From: Lytechinus pictus
Taxonomy: Eukaryota
Assembly: GCF_037042905.1 (NCBI RefSeq)
Contig: NC_087251.1
Coordinates: forward strand, 30,692,001-30,756,000
Reading direction: 5' to 3'
Length of the DNA: 64,000 bases
Of the stretch, positions 47,601 to 60,049 are shown one piece after another (within the stretch, counting starts at the first letter, position 1; the number at the start of each line of letters is the position of its first letter). A program made the translations under genes and the position numbers. The notes under the pieces are model-generated. The model was not told where the DNA came from and did not search any database. It saw only the letters and a list, made by a program, of their open reading frames with translations.

Positions 47601-50600
47601 ATGTCATAAATTTTAAAATTTTACATATTTTGATTTTTGAAGTATTTAGTGTTAGGCTTTCATGATATTTCTCTTTTCATTCAAATCATGTTGTGTAAGA
47701 GGTGGGCGAGGTCTTAAACAAAAAACCGAAACAGCTCTGTTGCCTTTGAATCAGTTTACAAAATAAAGTGATTAGGATCACCAAGCGATACACATTTTTA
47801 GTCCTGCTTACCAAGGTCTGCCCCTAAGGCTTCAGCAAGAATTTTGTTCTCTGCAATTTCTACTGGGACAGGCTGGTGATTCTTGCGCTTCTTCCTCCAT
47901 CTCCTGGAAGGGTAGGTGTACAGTTGGCCCCGTTCCTGACCCTGGGCTCTATGACGCTTCTGGAACCACAAGAAGCAGTTATTCTGGGCTACACCAGTCT
48001 GAGAGTCAAGAAACGGAAGTCTCATCTTCCGTTCTGACATCATCCGAGAATTGAAATTAGAAGCATTTTCCAAGGCTTCCTTGTAGAACTGCTCAACATC
48101 TGTCCTGAAATCACAAGAAAAATAATAATATATTTGATTAAAAACGTTAATTGCAACTTTCCTGTATTTTCCCTCCCTTTTTCCTTCCTCTCATTCTTCG
48201 GGCAAAATGTCTCTTTGCTTGTCAAATTTTCAAACATTGCTACTGAGTGAATGAGAAATGCATCTGTAGGACCATTGTCGAAAGATAAAGGTTATACTTT
48301 TCTGTTTACAAAATGCGAAACAGGATCTCCAACCAAGAGCTCAATGATGACTACATCATTCACAATCCTCACAGAACTCTACTCTTAAACTTTGTGATAT
48401 TGACTTCATCATTGATGTGGTGCAGAAATTCTGACTTGTCATAATCATCGTTCAGGTAACAAAACTTCATTTCTTCCACATAGGAGACATCTGGGGAGCA
48501 TTTCATAAAAGGACTTGTCAGACATTTTATGTGAGGAGTCGCATTTTATCCAACAGTATCCATAGTAACATCACTTCTCGGACTCGGACAATGAAAACCC
48601 GGGAAAGATATCAGATCTGAGTTGTGCCTATATATAGTGAGTGATAATTAGTGAGTGATTGTATTACCGACCGGCCTTGTATTACCGAACGCGCGCATCA
48701 TACGCATCAGAAAATAATTTCATACGCTCGAAATTTTGCAACATCCTTCCAAAGAGAACTTGAATAGAAAGATGATGAAAAATGGTAAAAAACACATTTT
48801 CAAAGTCTTAATATTCTAAAAATAATAAAATATGGTCAAAATAGCTCATCAGTGATTTTGTTGTTTTCTCAACTTTTCCCATAGAAAACACACGTTCGGC
48901 AATACGATACCTTTTTCAAGTGACCAAAACATTTCACATGCGAAGAGGGGTCCGATAGGAAGCTAATATCGTAAAAAGGAAAAACGATTTCGGCAACATT
49001 TTTACATATTTATATTTTGTAGGTAATTGTGTATTTATGTTGAAAGTTTGGTGAATTTCATGAGAATAATGTGTTTGATATGATTGAATTCATGAAAAGT
49101 GTTCGGTAATACGATCCACTACCATACTGTAGATCTACCTGCGGCTGTGATGATTATGAAATTGAAAATAAAGCTTGTGCTTGCTTGGCGCTACCACAAA
49201 AATCATATTTTTACAAGTCAGCTGGTGCGAAAATGCCATGATTTAGCACCCTCAACTGGCTTCATGCCATTCATGCTTCAAAATCATCAAACAGAGCTTT
49301 AAGTTTAGACTTAAAAAATTGCTACAAATGCCTCAGCTTTTAGTCTTTTTGGGGGGTGGCATATTAATGCAGAATTTAAATTGAATAATAAAAAATAAAA
49401 TACACAGTAACAGTAGAGCCTACAATTGTAGAGGCGCATGGCCATTATATGGAAGACTCTCCAATATGGGAGACAATCACCAAATCTCCCATATTATTTG
49501 GAGACTTGCTTTGCAAAAGAACAAAAGAAACACCAACAAAAGCATATTAAATTTTTTCCACCAAAAATTTTATCTCACTGAGGTCAGAACTTGAACTAAG
49601 AAGCCCATTTGTTTGTGTGTGGATGACAACAAATATCCTTATCAAAACAAAAGTAGACGATTATAAAACTAAAGGGGTAATTTTTCATGACAATTGACAT
49701 GTCATGAGGAATCTGCTCATCACATTTTTATTGCAATATTGGCCGCCAAGCTAACTGAGTAACGTTAGTCGTTAATCCTTTTTGCAGCAGATGTAAACAA
49801 AGGAATGTGGTCTCCCAAACTGGAGACTGTCTCTGAAATTGGATACCCAAATTCTTTACAAAAGTCTCTGTCATTGGAGATACATGTAGGCCCCTGGCCC
49901 TAGTCTCTTTCAATCATGGGAGACAGTCTCCCACATTGCCATTGGCCGTGCGCCTCTAACTTGTTACTCATACTGCGCCTCTCTCTCTCGCTTCCTTTCT
50001 TCATTCAGTCCCACAAACTGAAAAGCATGTCGTAGAGTCGAGGTTTTTGTCTTGACTCGAGCATTTTTTAACATAACAAAGTTAGATTTCTTCTTCTTCT
50101 TCAAGCTACACTGCCTCCTTCAATCCTGAAGATTCTTGCAGTATTGTAGTACCGGGGACCGGCAGGTGCAATACACCGGGTGAACACCCTACTCTTTGAC
50201 GAATAGTGTATTGGTTTTAACGTGCATAGGTTGTGACTCTCCTATACACGGGACCAACATTTGCGTCCTTTCCGATGGACGGAGTGTTTTTCCAACTGCA
50301 TTCACACCCGCACTGAACACAGCGGTGAGGCACGTTAACACACAACGCTAGCATCAGTTTTTTTGTTAGACGTCTTCCGGCATGCTGCGGGACTCGAACC
50401 CACGCACGTTGAGATCTACGATCTTTTCCGGAACAGGCGCTCTAACCGACTGAGCTACACTGCCTCCTTTAGCGAAGTAAATCGAGGTCTATCACGAAAT
50501 GTACAATATTATGTTGTTGAATATTCTTCATTTGTTACTTACCCTGATTTCTGTGACCCTATGTACACGGGATTCGATTGCACTGACATTTTAAAATCTG

Positions 50601-53600
50601 GATGGAGAAAAACTTGCACAGACTGACAAAGAAAAATATATAATTTCCGACGAAAACTTTGGTTTTTTAATAGCGCCATCTAGAGAGCTTTGCATTAAAG
50701 GGGAAGTTCACCCTGAAGAAAGGTTTGTTGTAAAAAAAAAAAGCAGAAAAAATAATAAATAAATATTGGTGAAGGTTTGAGGAAAATCCCTTAAGGATTA
50801 AGAAAGTTATTAGAATTTAATTTTGGATTTTTGACATCATAAACGAGCAGCGGCCCCATATGTTATGTACTAGTAATATAAAATTCTAATAACTTTTTCA
50901 TTCTTTGATGGATTTTTCTCAAACCTTCTGCAATATTTCTGAATCATTTTTTCTGCTATTTTTACAATAAACTTTTTGTCAGGGTGAGCTTCCCCTTTAA
51001 TGTGGAATTTCAAGCCGATTATGAATTGTTTTTTTATTGTGTGTTTTATTGATCGAATCAACAATAATCATGATATGTACATAGAATTTGATACAATTCA
51101 ACATAAACAAAAAGAAAAGGGATAATAATAAAATAAAAAGACACGAGTAACTCTACAATAGAACTCAAACTCCTAAAAGTGACTGTAAAAGGACTTGGTA
51201 ATCTACTCTACTATATAGTGGCAACAAATTAAAGCACTGTAAGGCCGGTGTAAAATGTACAATAATGTGAAAAGTATAAACAAGTCGGGAATGCAGGAAA
51301 AACTTTAACATATTCAAGTCTAAAGATTCAACATCACAGATCCATTTTCGAAAATGTGTGGGGAGCTTATTTTTCTTCTTTGCTAGATTATATTCCATTT
51401 AAGTTTGCTGCTTGAGAAAAGATTTAAAAACAATAACAGTGGGTAAATCATCATTGACAAGTGTAAATCAAATAAGTTACAAACTTATCTGAAGGGACAC
51501 AAAATTACTTATCAAAATAGTAGTAGGGCCTAAAGATAAAATTTGGATCGTGTTTTCGTTGCAATAAGTGTAATAAAAACTGCCATATTGGTACTACTTT
51601 CATTTTACAAAATAAGAGAACAACAGTTTTTTTTTGTAACCTGTTTATTACAAAATGTAGTTTGGTGAATCCTTCCTGTTAATTTTATGTAAAAATCCAT
51701 GAACTATACAAAACAGCTTAAAATAAGAACGTAATTTTGTTCTACTGAAAAACTAAAATTGATTTACAGGGGCCGCGGAAGGGTTTTCAAAGTGGGGGGG
51801 GGGGGGGGCTGACCATGCAAAAAAATCACAATCCTGTGGTCATTTTTTACGTTTTTGTACACGGTTTTGGAAAAAAGTGGGGGCTGAAGCCCCCCCGCTT
51901 CCGCGGCCCCTGATTTAGTGTATCTTTTCCCAATATTTTGCACCACGATTATCTTTGCTTTTTCCCAAAATTTATATTTTATTAGGAGGTGTTGGGTGTT
52001 AATAATACGATATGCATGAGAACTTACCTTTTTACCAGATAGTAGGCCCCAGTTTAGTAATAATAGTACATCAGGATTATATAACACAGGATCTTCTAGC
52101 CATCATCACGATGTATACTTTTATTTTTTTTAAAGAAGATTTTTTCCCCCTCAATTAATTTATGTCCCGAAAGGTGTCAGATATTGCAGAAACATTTTAT
52201 TGTACCACTTTGTTTGACAAGACCTTGTCTCAGAGAATTTACAATTAAAAAGTCCGTTGTGAATCTGCTATTTGGGTGTTGCCCAACAATTAACCTGAAT
52301 ATAAGTTGATTATTGATTATGATTTAGTTCCAAATTACTTAAAACCTTTAGTATGTACAATTAAAAAGTCCGTAGTGAATCTGCTATTTGGGTGTTGCCC
52401 AACAATTAACCTGATTATAAGTTGATTATTGATTATGATTTAGTTCCAAATTACTTAAAACCTTTAGTATGTAAACGGCCCGTGAAATACAGGACACGGT
52501 ATTCTTTACGATGCCCCCTCAGCTTCCCAAAGCTAGAATTGAACATAAAAGAAAATCTTTCGCATATGTCGGACCCACATTATTTAATGCACTTCCTTCA
52601 AATTTACAAGTTTGTACCTCCTTGTTAGTTTTTAAAAAAATATGCAAAGCCTTTCATACGAATTGATAAAGAGCGAAATTATATTCCATTGATTTACAAT
52701 GCTATGTATGTTTAAATTGTCACTTCCCACTCTATATTTTAATGTTAATTGTTTCTGATGTTAGATATTTTGTATTTTTGATGTTGTTTGTTGTTGTTGT
52801 TGTTCATAGTTATCTTGACATGTATTTTAAACTGCAGGGCGCCTTTGTAAAGCAGTTTTAAGAACTGAACAGGCCTACCCTGCAGTATAAAATAAATAAA
52901 ACAAAATAAATAAATAAATAAGTTGGTCTTTAGAAAAGCAGAAAAATTAAAGAAAATATTGGTGGAGGTTTGATGAAAATCTAAAAGAAAACAGTCCACA
53001 ATATTTTGATGGATTTCATCAAACAATCACTAACAATTTCTGCAATTTCACATGTTTTTATTAAAACCAACTTACCCTAACGTTTGTTGTGTCGGCAGTG
53101 TCGGTAGTAGTAGTAGTAGTAGTAGAAGAAGAAGTAGTAGTATATATTAGTATAGTAGTTAGTAGTAGTAGTAGTAGTAGTACGTAGTAGTAGTAGTAGT
53201 AGTAGTACCCTTACAAAAATGTCCTGTGGTAATACCATATATTTACCATAGGACTTTACCACACGATTACCACATATATTGTTGTGTGGTAATGCTATGT
53301 CTTAATGTCCTGTGGTATTGTGTGGTAATGTGTGGTAATGTCGTGTGGTATTGTCCTGTGGTAAATTGGAACATTTACCACACAACATTACCACAGGAAT
53401 ACCACATGAATGGATTAATATACGGTAACATTTACCACACAAGGGATTAATTTACGGTAACAATTTTTACCACATACCAGTTACCACACACCAGATACCA
53501 CATGCATTACCACACAACATTTACCACATAGATTACCACACACCATTTACCACATAGATTACCACACGACAGTTACCACACACCATTTACCACACACCAG

Positions 53601-54953
53601 TTACCACATGCATTACCACACACCATTTACCACACAAATTACCTCACATTTTACCACACACCAGTTACCACACGCGTTACCACACATCATTTACCACACG
53701 AATTACCTCACATTTTACCACACGCCTTACCACACAAATTACGTCACATTTTACCACACACCGGTTACCACATGCATTACTACACACAATTTACCACACG
53801 CGTTACCACATACACTACCACACACCAGTTACGTAACTGGTGTGTGGTAATGCATGTGGTAACTGGTGTGTGGTAAAATATGAGGTAATTCGTGTGGTAA
53901 ATGGTGTGTGGTAAACACTCACCAGTTACCACATGCATTACAATTACCACACACGTTACCACAAAATGTGTGTGGTAACTAGTGTGATGGTATGTGTGAT
54001 AACTGATGCATGATAATGTATGTAGCAACTGGTGTGTTGCAATGTGTGTGGTAACTGTTAGATACATCACAGATCATGGGTATGATTTTGGTAGCAGTAG
54101 AATGTGTTTATGACCCTATGGACTTTTATAAGATTAAAAAAATACAACACCTTCAATGAACAAACAACAAATTATTTTACAAGTGATATAGAAAGTACTG
54201 GTATTTAGCTCATAGAGTCATCAATTTACAATACTGGTTTACATTTGCTATTGACAAAAAATGTATAACAGCTGCTTTACTGTACAAACAGTGTGACATA
54301 ACAGTAACTATCAAAGAAATTACAGTGCATATAAATACTTTTTAAAAAAGATACATTTCTTCTAAATACTTTAAAAAGTTACCTCAAAGGCTATCAGGCT
54401 TTTCAGCAAACCAAATTAACGACCATTGTAGTTTTTTTTGCAGGTCACACATACAGAATGGACTGATTACTCTTTGTTTTATGCTTAAAGACAAAAATGA
54501 TTTAACTCGTAATCGTTTTTAAGAAAATGAACGAAACATAAGGATGTGTCTACAATAGGTAATATCAGTAGCTGCGTCAAAGTGCACTGTACTCAAAATT
54601 GCGTATAACAAAATGCATAATTATCCCAAGTTTACTTCAAGGCCGAAGGGCAAGTAGAAATAGACGAGAGATGATAATATGTATTTGGAGTCCACTCAGT
54701 TTAGAATAGTATTCAAAGGAACGAATAATTTGATCAATTTACGCACCAAAAATGAAAACTAGGACAATACCCTGGCATGTAATATCTGAATTAAAGGAAA
54801 ATAACACCCAAAACATAATACCACATGATCCCATTGATAAATTCAGGACAATCAAAATGAATCCACTCATACCCTAATCCAATTACGGAGTACCACCTTT
54901 TCAAAGTTGGCCTCTTACAGTGTGGTTCGAAGTTTTTGGATGGAGGTCGCCAT
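38623..54953 (-). CDS. DPF: d4/Requiem-family double-PHD zinc-finger protein (DPF1/2/3, BAF45), 9 coding exons
   Basis: Minus-strand exons: 54953-54919 ([12 protein letters not shown]; least certain), 48104-47812 (Requiem N-domain [30 protein letters not shown]), 46502-46291, 45662-45548 (Gly-rich, RPYACK), 44271-44140 or -44062 (C2H2 [14 protein letters not shown]), 41821-41681 (YCDFCLGD...SCSDCGRSG), 40770-40658 (HPTCLQF...WQCIECKSC), 39601-39520 ([18 protein letters not shown]) and 38654-38623 ([10 protein letters not shown]). All intron phases are compatible. Confidence 0.94.
41923..42608. mobile_element. piggyBac-like MITE (family of 17958-18722, opposite orientation)
   Basis: TTAA flanks; ends CCCTTAAAAGACTGGG / CCCAGTTTATTTAGGG; internal GCTGACTTTTTACTTTCAAGTCT corresponds to the reverse complement of ~18605-18627. 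Confidence 0.85.
42660..42790 (-). mobile_element. RTE-like LINE 3' remnant
   Basis: [14 protein letters not shown] resembles the RTE ORF C-terminus (A.DR..WR). Confidence 0.4.
46805..47587. mobile_element. hAT-like MITE
   Basis: 20-bp perfect TIR TAGGGACAGTGATTTTCCGT, subterminal ACGGAA repeats, AGTAAG duplicated on both flanks. Confidence 0.9.
48655..49120. mobile_element. MITE
   Basis: GTATTACCGAAC motifs at left, inverted GTTCGG(T/C)AATACGAT at 48894 and 49101. Confidence 0.55.
49429..49958. mobile_element. hAT-like MITE
   Basis: Ends TAGAGGCGCATGGCCA / TGGCCGTGCGCCTCTA with subterminal GGAGAC/GTCTCC repeats. Confidence 0.75.
50088..50469 (-). mobile_element. Full-length tRNA-derived SINE (Meta-domain-like body, (GAA)n tail)
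   Basis: Minus-strand A box TAGCTCAGTCGG and B box GGTTCGAGTCC; central CCCTACTCTTTGACGAATAGTG...ACGGGACC...GTCCTTTCCGA block; (TTC)n at 50088-50102. Confidence 0.85.
50699..50996. mobile_element. Palindromic Kolobok-like MITE
   Basis: TTAA flanks, AGGGGAAG(T/C)TCACCCTGA termini, long (>100 bp) inverted arms. Confidence 0.85.
51060..51420 (-). mobile_element. L1/Tx1-clade LINE 3' fragment
   Basis: [19 protein letters not shown] matches the E..IA....K...H..KW C-terminal signature; T-rich 3'UTR follows. Confidence 0.5.
51767..51912. mobile_element. Short hAT-like MITE
   Basis: TIR CAGGGGCCGCGGAAG / CTTCCGCGGCCCCTG, ATTTA duplicated on both flanks. Confidence 0.85.
52240..52920 (+). mobile_element. 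CR1/L2-like LINE 3' fragment preceded by a ~116-bp tandem duplication
   Basis: 52240-52355 repeats at 52356-52473; LVPNYL...TRYSLR remnant; CAGGGCGCC...CCTACCCTG stem and (AAAT)n tail. Confidence 0.6.
53100..54060. repeat. (AGT)n tract followed by a TTACCACA/TGTGGTAA satellite with internal inversions
   Basis: Dozens of TTACCAC(A) units; orientation switches, with a palindrome centred on GTTACGTAAC at ~53832. Confidence 0.9.
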
Positions 54954-55520
54954 TTTCGCGGGGTTAGTTAGAAAATTATTACATCAGCGACGAACTACAT
55001 CTCTAAACGTTTAGGCATTATATATTCTATTTTATCAATAACAAATCAAATGTACAGATAAAACTCATAAAAATATTAGTTAAAATTTGTTTAATATATG
55101 GTAGGTTCAAAATACAATTTGATGAGTTTTCATGATAAGATTTACACCCCAATTTCCGCTACCAATTTGTAAATCGTAGATTAGGGTGTAATTTTTATCA
55201 TTAAAACTCATCAAGTCGTAATTTGAACCTATCATATAATATTAAACAAATTTTAATTGATATTTTATGAGTTTTATCTGTACATTTGATTTATTATCGA
55301 TGAAATAGAATATATAATGCTCAAACGTTTAGAGATGTAGTTCGTCGCTGACGGAATAATCTCCATCCATAGACTTCGAACCAGAAGATGCCAACTTTGA
55401 AAAGGTGGTACTCCATACTGGGAAATCGGATTGGGGGTATATGAGTGGATTCATTTTCATTGTCCTGTATTTATCAATGGTATCATGTGGTATTATATTT
55501 TGGGTTTTATTTTCCTTTAA
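54791..55520. repeat. ~730-bp palindrome (inverted duplication) covering DPF exon 1 and its upstream region
   Basis: Arms 54791-~55160 and ~55173-55520 align throughout, e.g. CAGCGACGAACTACATCTCTAAACGTTT / AAACGTTTAGAGATGTAGTTCGTCGCTG and GGAGTACCACCTTTTCAAAGTTGGC / GCCAACTTTGAAAAGGTGGTACTCC. Confidence 0.95.
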
Positions 55521-55600
55521 GATATTGTACTGGTTTATATCATGGCATTACAAAGTTCATCTGTAGTGCACACTGTGTCAAGTGCACAAAAAAAAAAATT

Positions 55601-55889
55601 CAGGGTTCCCACAGAAATTTGAAAACAGAATTCCATGACCTCTCCATGACTAAATTGCTGCTTTCCATGACTTAATTCCTTTCTGGCACAGTTTACAAAA
55701 TCAGACATGTTATGATCATGAACACCAATTATATTAGAAGAGTACAATCACAGAGTATGAGAGTTGTGAGACATAAAAACTAGAAAGCTGTCATAGCCAA
55801 GAGGTAAACGCAATTCCAAGACTTTTCACATATCCCTGACTTTCCATGACCTATTTTTTCCAGGATTTTCCATGACTGTGGGAACCCTG
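55601..55889. mobile_element. hAT-like MITE
   Basis: TIR CAGGGTTCCCACAG / CTGTGGGAACCCTG with TTCCATGAC subterminal repeats. Confidence 0.8.
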
Positions 55890-57099
55890 TAATAATACTG
55901 CATTGACAGCTATCATTTTTAAAGTTAATTTCAATTTCCTTCAAACATTTTATTCATCTCTTTTTGGTTGGTCCTTGAATATATATACAAAACAATGTTT
56001 TGGCAGGTCGTCTATAAAAGCATGTACATCGTTAAAAAAAAGGCTTTTGGCAGGAACTTTTGGCAAATAGTCAACAGTATCAATGCATGTAAATTTGGGT
56101 GAAAGAATCATACATGTACATTAATTCTTAAGAAAAGTTTGTGGTTGTATTACACTATCACTTAGAGGTATTAAAAAGACAGCAGTTGCAGCAAACAATT
56201 ATTTCATGAGAAATTGTCAAAATATTGTACATAATCTCTAGATCTGGTACATTAATGTAAACTTGTATCTTTGTAAAATCACTAATTTTGAACTTAAAAT
56301 CAATTATTCTGATGATCACTAACACAGAAAAGCATATGTGGGACAGGACAGTGTATTATGATTGATTTGAAAAATACCTGATACCTTGATAGAATTACAT
56401 GCTTATTTTGCTAATTTCTCAGCAATTACACATTTTCTTCCCGAGCTATAATTATGGCACATATCTTTTATATTTTGCTGGTAATTCTATTGGATTCTGT
56501 TCGAACTCATTTTAAGATTGTTACTACATGTACAACTGGTAATTTATCTTTAAAGGTGTACTTGTATATGATACGGGCTCAACATAATCTAAAATAAAGT
56601 AATTTTTACCATGCAAAATAGTGAAAATTTTATCAAAATCAGATAAAATTTAAAAAATAATATTTACAAAAATATTGGTCATCAACACATGCAAGTAGAT
56701 ACATGTAAGTTTATGATATCATGCCCACATTTTTATTGTTCTCATGTTACCAGATAAAATAATAATTTACTTCATGTGTGTAATAAGTATGTCTTCCAAT
56801 CCCATGTAGCAAAAGAACTTCCAGCAATAATCAATACAGGTAAGTCACATCAATACAGTTTACAATCCGATTTGTTTCATTCTTGGTAAACAAAATTAAA
56901 TGCACAATTTTATATACAAAATAATAAGCTGGGGATACGTGTACACGTAAAATGTACGTCAGTATGACATCATCAGCTTGCTACTTGCATATGCTTAGAG
57001 CTCTTTCACCAAAATAATGCAGAGGTTAGAATGTCATACATTACTTTATTATCCCTTGTCTAATTTGGATGAATTTTTCACTTTTGTTAAAAAGTAATA

Positions 57100-57800
57100 A
57101 AAGGCAATATCCATGGTTACCCTTATGCTTGACCTCAATGCGTGTTCGCTTTTACACAACACATTATTTTGCGAGATACAAAGCACTTTGAGATGCCATC
57201 CGTGAGATTTTAAAAAATTCAAATTACCAGGCAGTGACAGTATTGTTGTAAGTACAGAGCAAAGATCAGGAATATGGTAGGTCTTCTCAAATTGTATTTG
57301 GATTGATCCAAGGTTGTTGACAACTGGAGGAGAGGAAGGAGCTAATTCCATGGCCTTGGAGCAGTAGTGGAGAAAGTTGCATCACCAGTAGCTAATTTGT
57401 AGGTGCGTAATGATCACAAAAATAAAAAGGCAAGTGCGCCTAGAATGAAAATGACGCACAAGGGATTCCTTATAATACATGTAATCTGGATCTCTGTCAT
57501 TGACTTTGAAAATCAGGAGACGGACACTGATGTTCATGTACATGTATATCCTTTCCTTGACTTGCAGCCAGCGAAGTTGGCGTATGGCAAATGGCACAAT
57601 AGATGCAGCATTCTGTACTATCTGCAGTCAGTCCAGATCGCCCTAATTCAAGCACGAAGAGCATTACAATAGTCCAGTTTAGATCGCGCTAAACCACGGA
57701 CTGCTTTGTGGCAAGTAGAAATATAAAAGGCACTTCCCATTGGCCTTTATTCTTCCAATCTGTTTGATGTTATACTGGTAGGGAGCAGGTTCCAATAGCA
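57100..57800 (-). mobile_element. Decayed L2 LINE RT C-terminal fragment
   Basis: Minus-strand SKLDYCNA, LQIVQNAAS and LRWLQVKERI...LLIFKV...PDY motifs. Confidence 0.8.
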
Positions 57801-60049
57801 CTATGAAAGGAGTTACGAAACCAGATGAATGGGTGCAGATTCAGGACACCTTCCATTTCAACTTAAGGCATCTGCAAAAATAACAGAAGAAGATCAACAT
57901 AAAAGCCTTTCCTGCATTAACTATTTAATATTCATTAAAAACTACATGGTTTCAATATCAATTTCCAAACTTTTTAAAAAAATGATTAAAAAACAATGTG
58001 GGGTTTGCTACATGGACCTGGCCACAGAGGATTAACTATTGTTACTGGGGGTGCTGTAACAATGCTCAGCACCCCCAGTAACAATAGACTAATCCTCCAT
58101 GGATAGGTCCCTGGTTTGCTACATATTTATACTTCAAATATTAACATGTAAAGTCAAGTCGGGGGATGGGGGCTTGATGCCCTCAAGATCTGCTGCACCT
58201 CCAAACCATCTCTGTATAGGGAAGGACATTTTAAAGTAATTTTTTTATTTTTAATATTTATATCAATTAAACATGATTTTAATTCATGCTTTTTTAAAAT
58301 GTGTTTTAAATGGTTATGGGATAATTCCATCAGTTTGAATAAGAAATTACAAGTTGCCAATTTCACATAACGAAGATCAATTCTGATGTGATAATAAATG
58401 CATGTTAGGTGTTGATGTTTCACTTATGCCTATCTATTACGTTTGAATTGACAACAGCATGAACCTTGTAAGAGCATTAATTATTAGACAAGCTTTGTAT
58501 CAGAGTGGTTACAAAATCAAAATTATTCAACTGCATCTCATGTTCATGTAAATAATCAAAATAACACAATAATTATGAAAAAATACCTTCCAAAAAGGAT
58601 AAATTTGTACTCACCATTATATCTGCATGAATATTGTTCTTTTAGTCCACCTATAATGATACAGCTGATGAGAGTTTGAATGATGGTATCAAGATGGTGC
58701 TTCTACCAGGGCTGCAAAAGAGAGAAAAAAATAATAAAATGTTAACCTCAATCATGCCAAGAAATTGCAAAATGTACAAGTACATGTCCCAGCCATGGCA
58801 CATGCACAGTAGGTAAGACGTAAAATATATGGTGAAGTAAGCCTAAGCCCTAAGGGTCCTACAAATAATTTTTTGCATGTGCCACTCATTAATGTGCATG
58901 CAATTTCAATGTTCAATTTTTACATGGAACTGTGACAGCAGTGTCAGTGTGAGGAACATATTAATGCAAAGAGTATCCAGCAACTGTCTGCAGCTTACTT
59001 TATGTCACTTCAATTTTTGTCTTTTTAACAATAATAATATGAATCTTTTAAAGTGCATACGGTAGCTTTCGTAATGGGCAGGAACCCTTTCAAATATGGC
59101 TGGCAAAATGAGGCATTTAGAAAACTCTGTAGGATTTTTCAGGTAAGTTATGGTCTAACTTTCAGATCTGAGAATTCTAGATCTAATCATCATCTTGATT
59201 TTTAACTTCCACAAATTAAAGACAATCTGTATAAAAGCTTTAAATATTCAATAGTAATAGGCCCTAAATGTGGTTAAGTTTAGGCCTTACATTATTTTTA
59301 TTTTATTTTACTATCGGTAGGGCGTAGGCCTATGAATATATTATTATTCTTATACTTTATCTTTAGCAGTTTTAGAACACATTAAATTGAATAGATATTT
59401 GACAAAAAAATCTAACAAATTTTTAGGTAAAATTAGTTTTCTGGAATCACCAGATCAACCGTTGTGAAACTCTATTAGCGCCAAATTACACTCTAAACTT
59501 GTCATTAGAACGTCCAAACCGATACACGTCGGCCTGGAATCTAGTACTAGCACAATCAGCTATGCATTTGCACCAATTCCCTCTGTATTTTCTTGCATAT
59601 GGACGTCTCTCGACTTAAGGTCATGTCATTGTGTTATATAGCTTGGGAATTGCAAAGCAAGTGATCCTTCGAAATGTTTACCTGCTTAAAATTAACATTT
59701 CTTAAGCCTTAATTTTGTATATTTAGATTACAAAGGCTTACAAATTGGAAAAATTAAATGTTTGCCCCAAAATTATTGTGGGAAAGGTGGATTTTTTAAG
59801 GGAAATCCATCTTTGTGTACCAAGTTCTACAGGCAACAGAGACTTGTCTAGGCTCCGTGAATGAAAATACCCTTTGTACAATGTAAAAATGATAAAAATA
59901 TCATCACAGAGTCCTCTAAGTACAGTTAGGACCATTGACAGATAAGGTGCCCCAATATTGCGCACATCCGAATCTGCGCGATTCTGATAATGGAAGATAA
60001 GCAATGACTCCAAACAAAAAATAAACTTTACACCTGAAAGAGCCTACTG

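Noticed and set aside
50380..50469. tRNA gene
   Set aside because: A and B boxes are present but there is no proper anticodon or acceptor stem, and it continues into a SINE body and tail.
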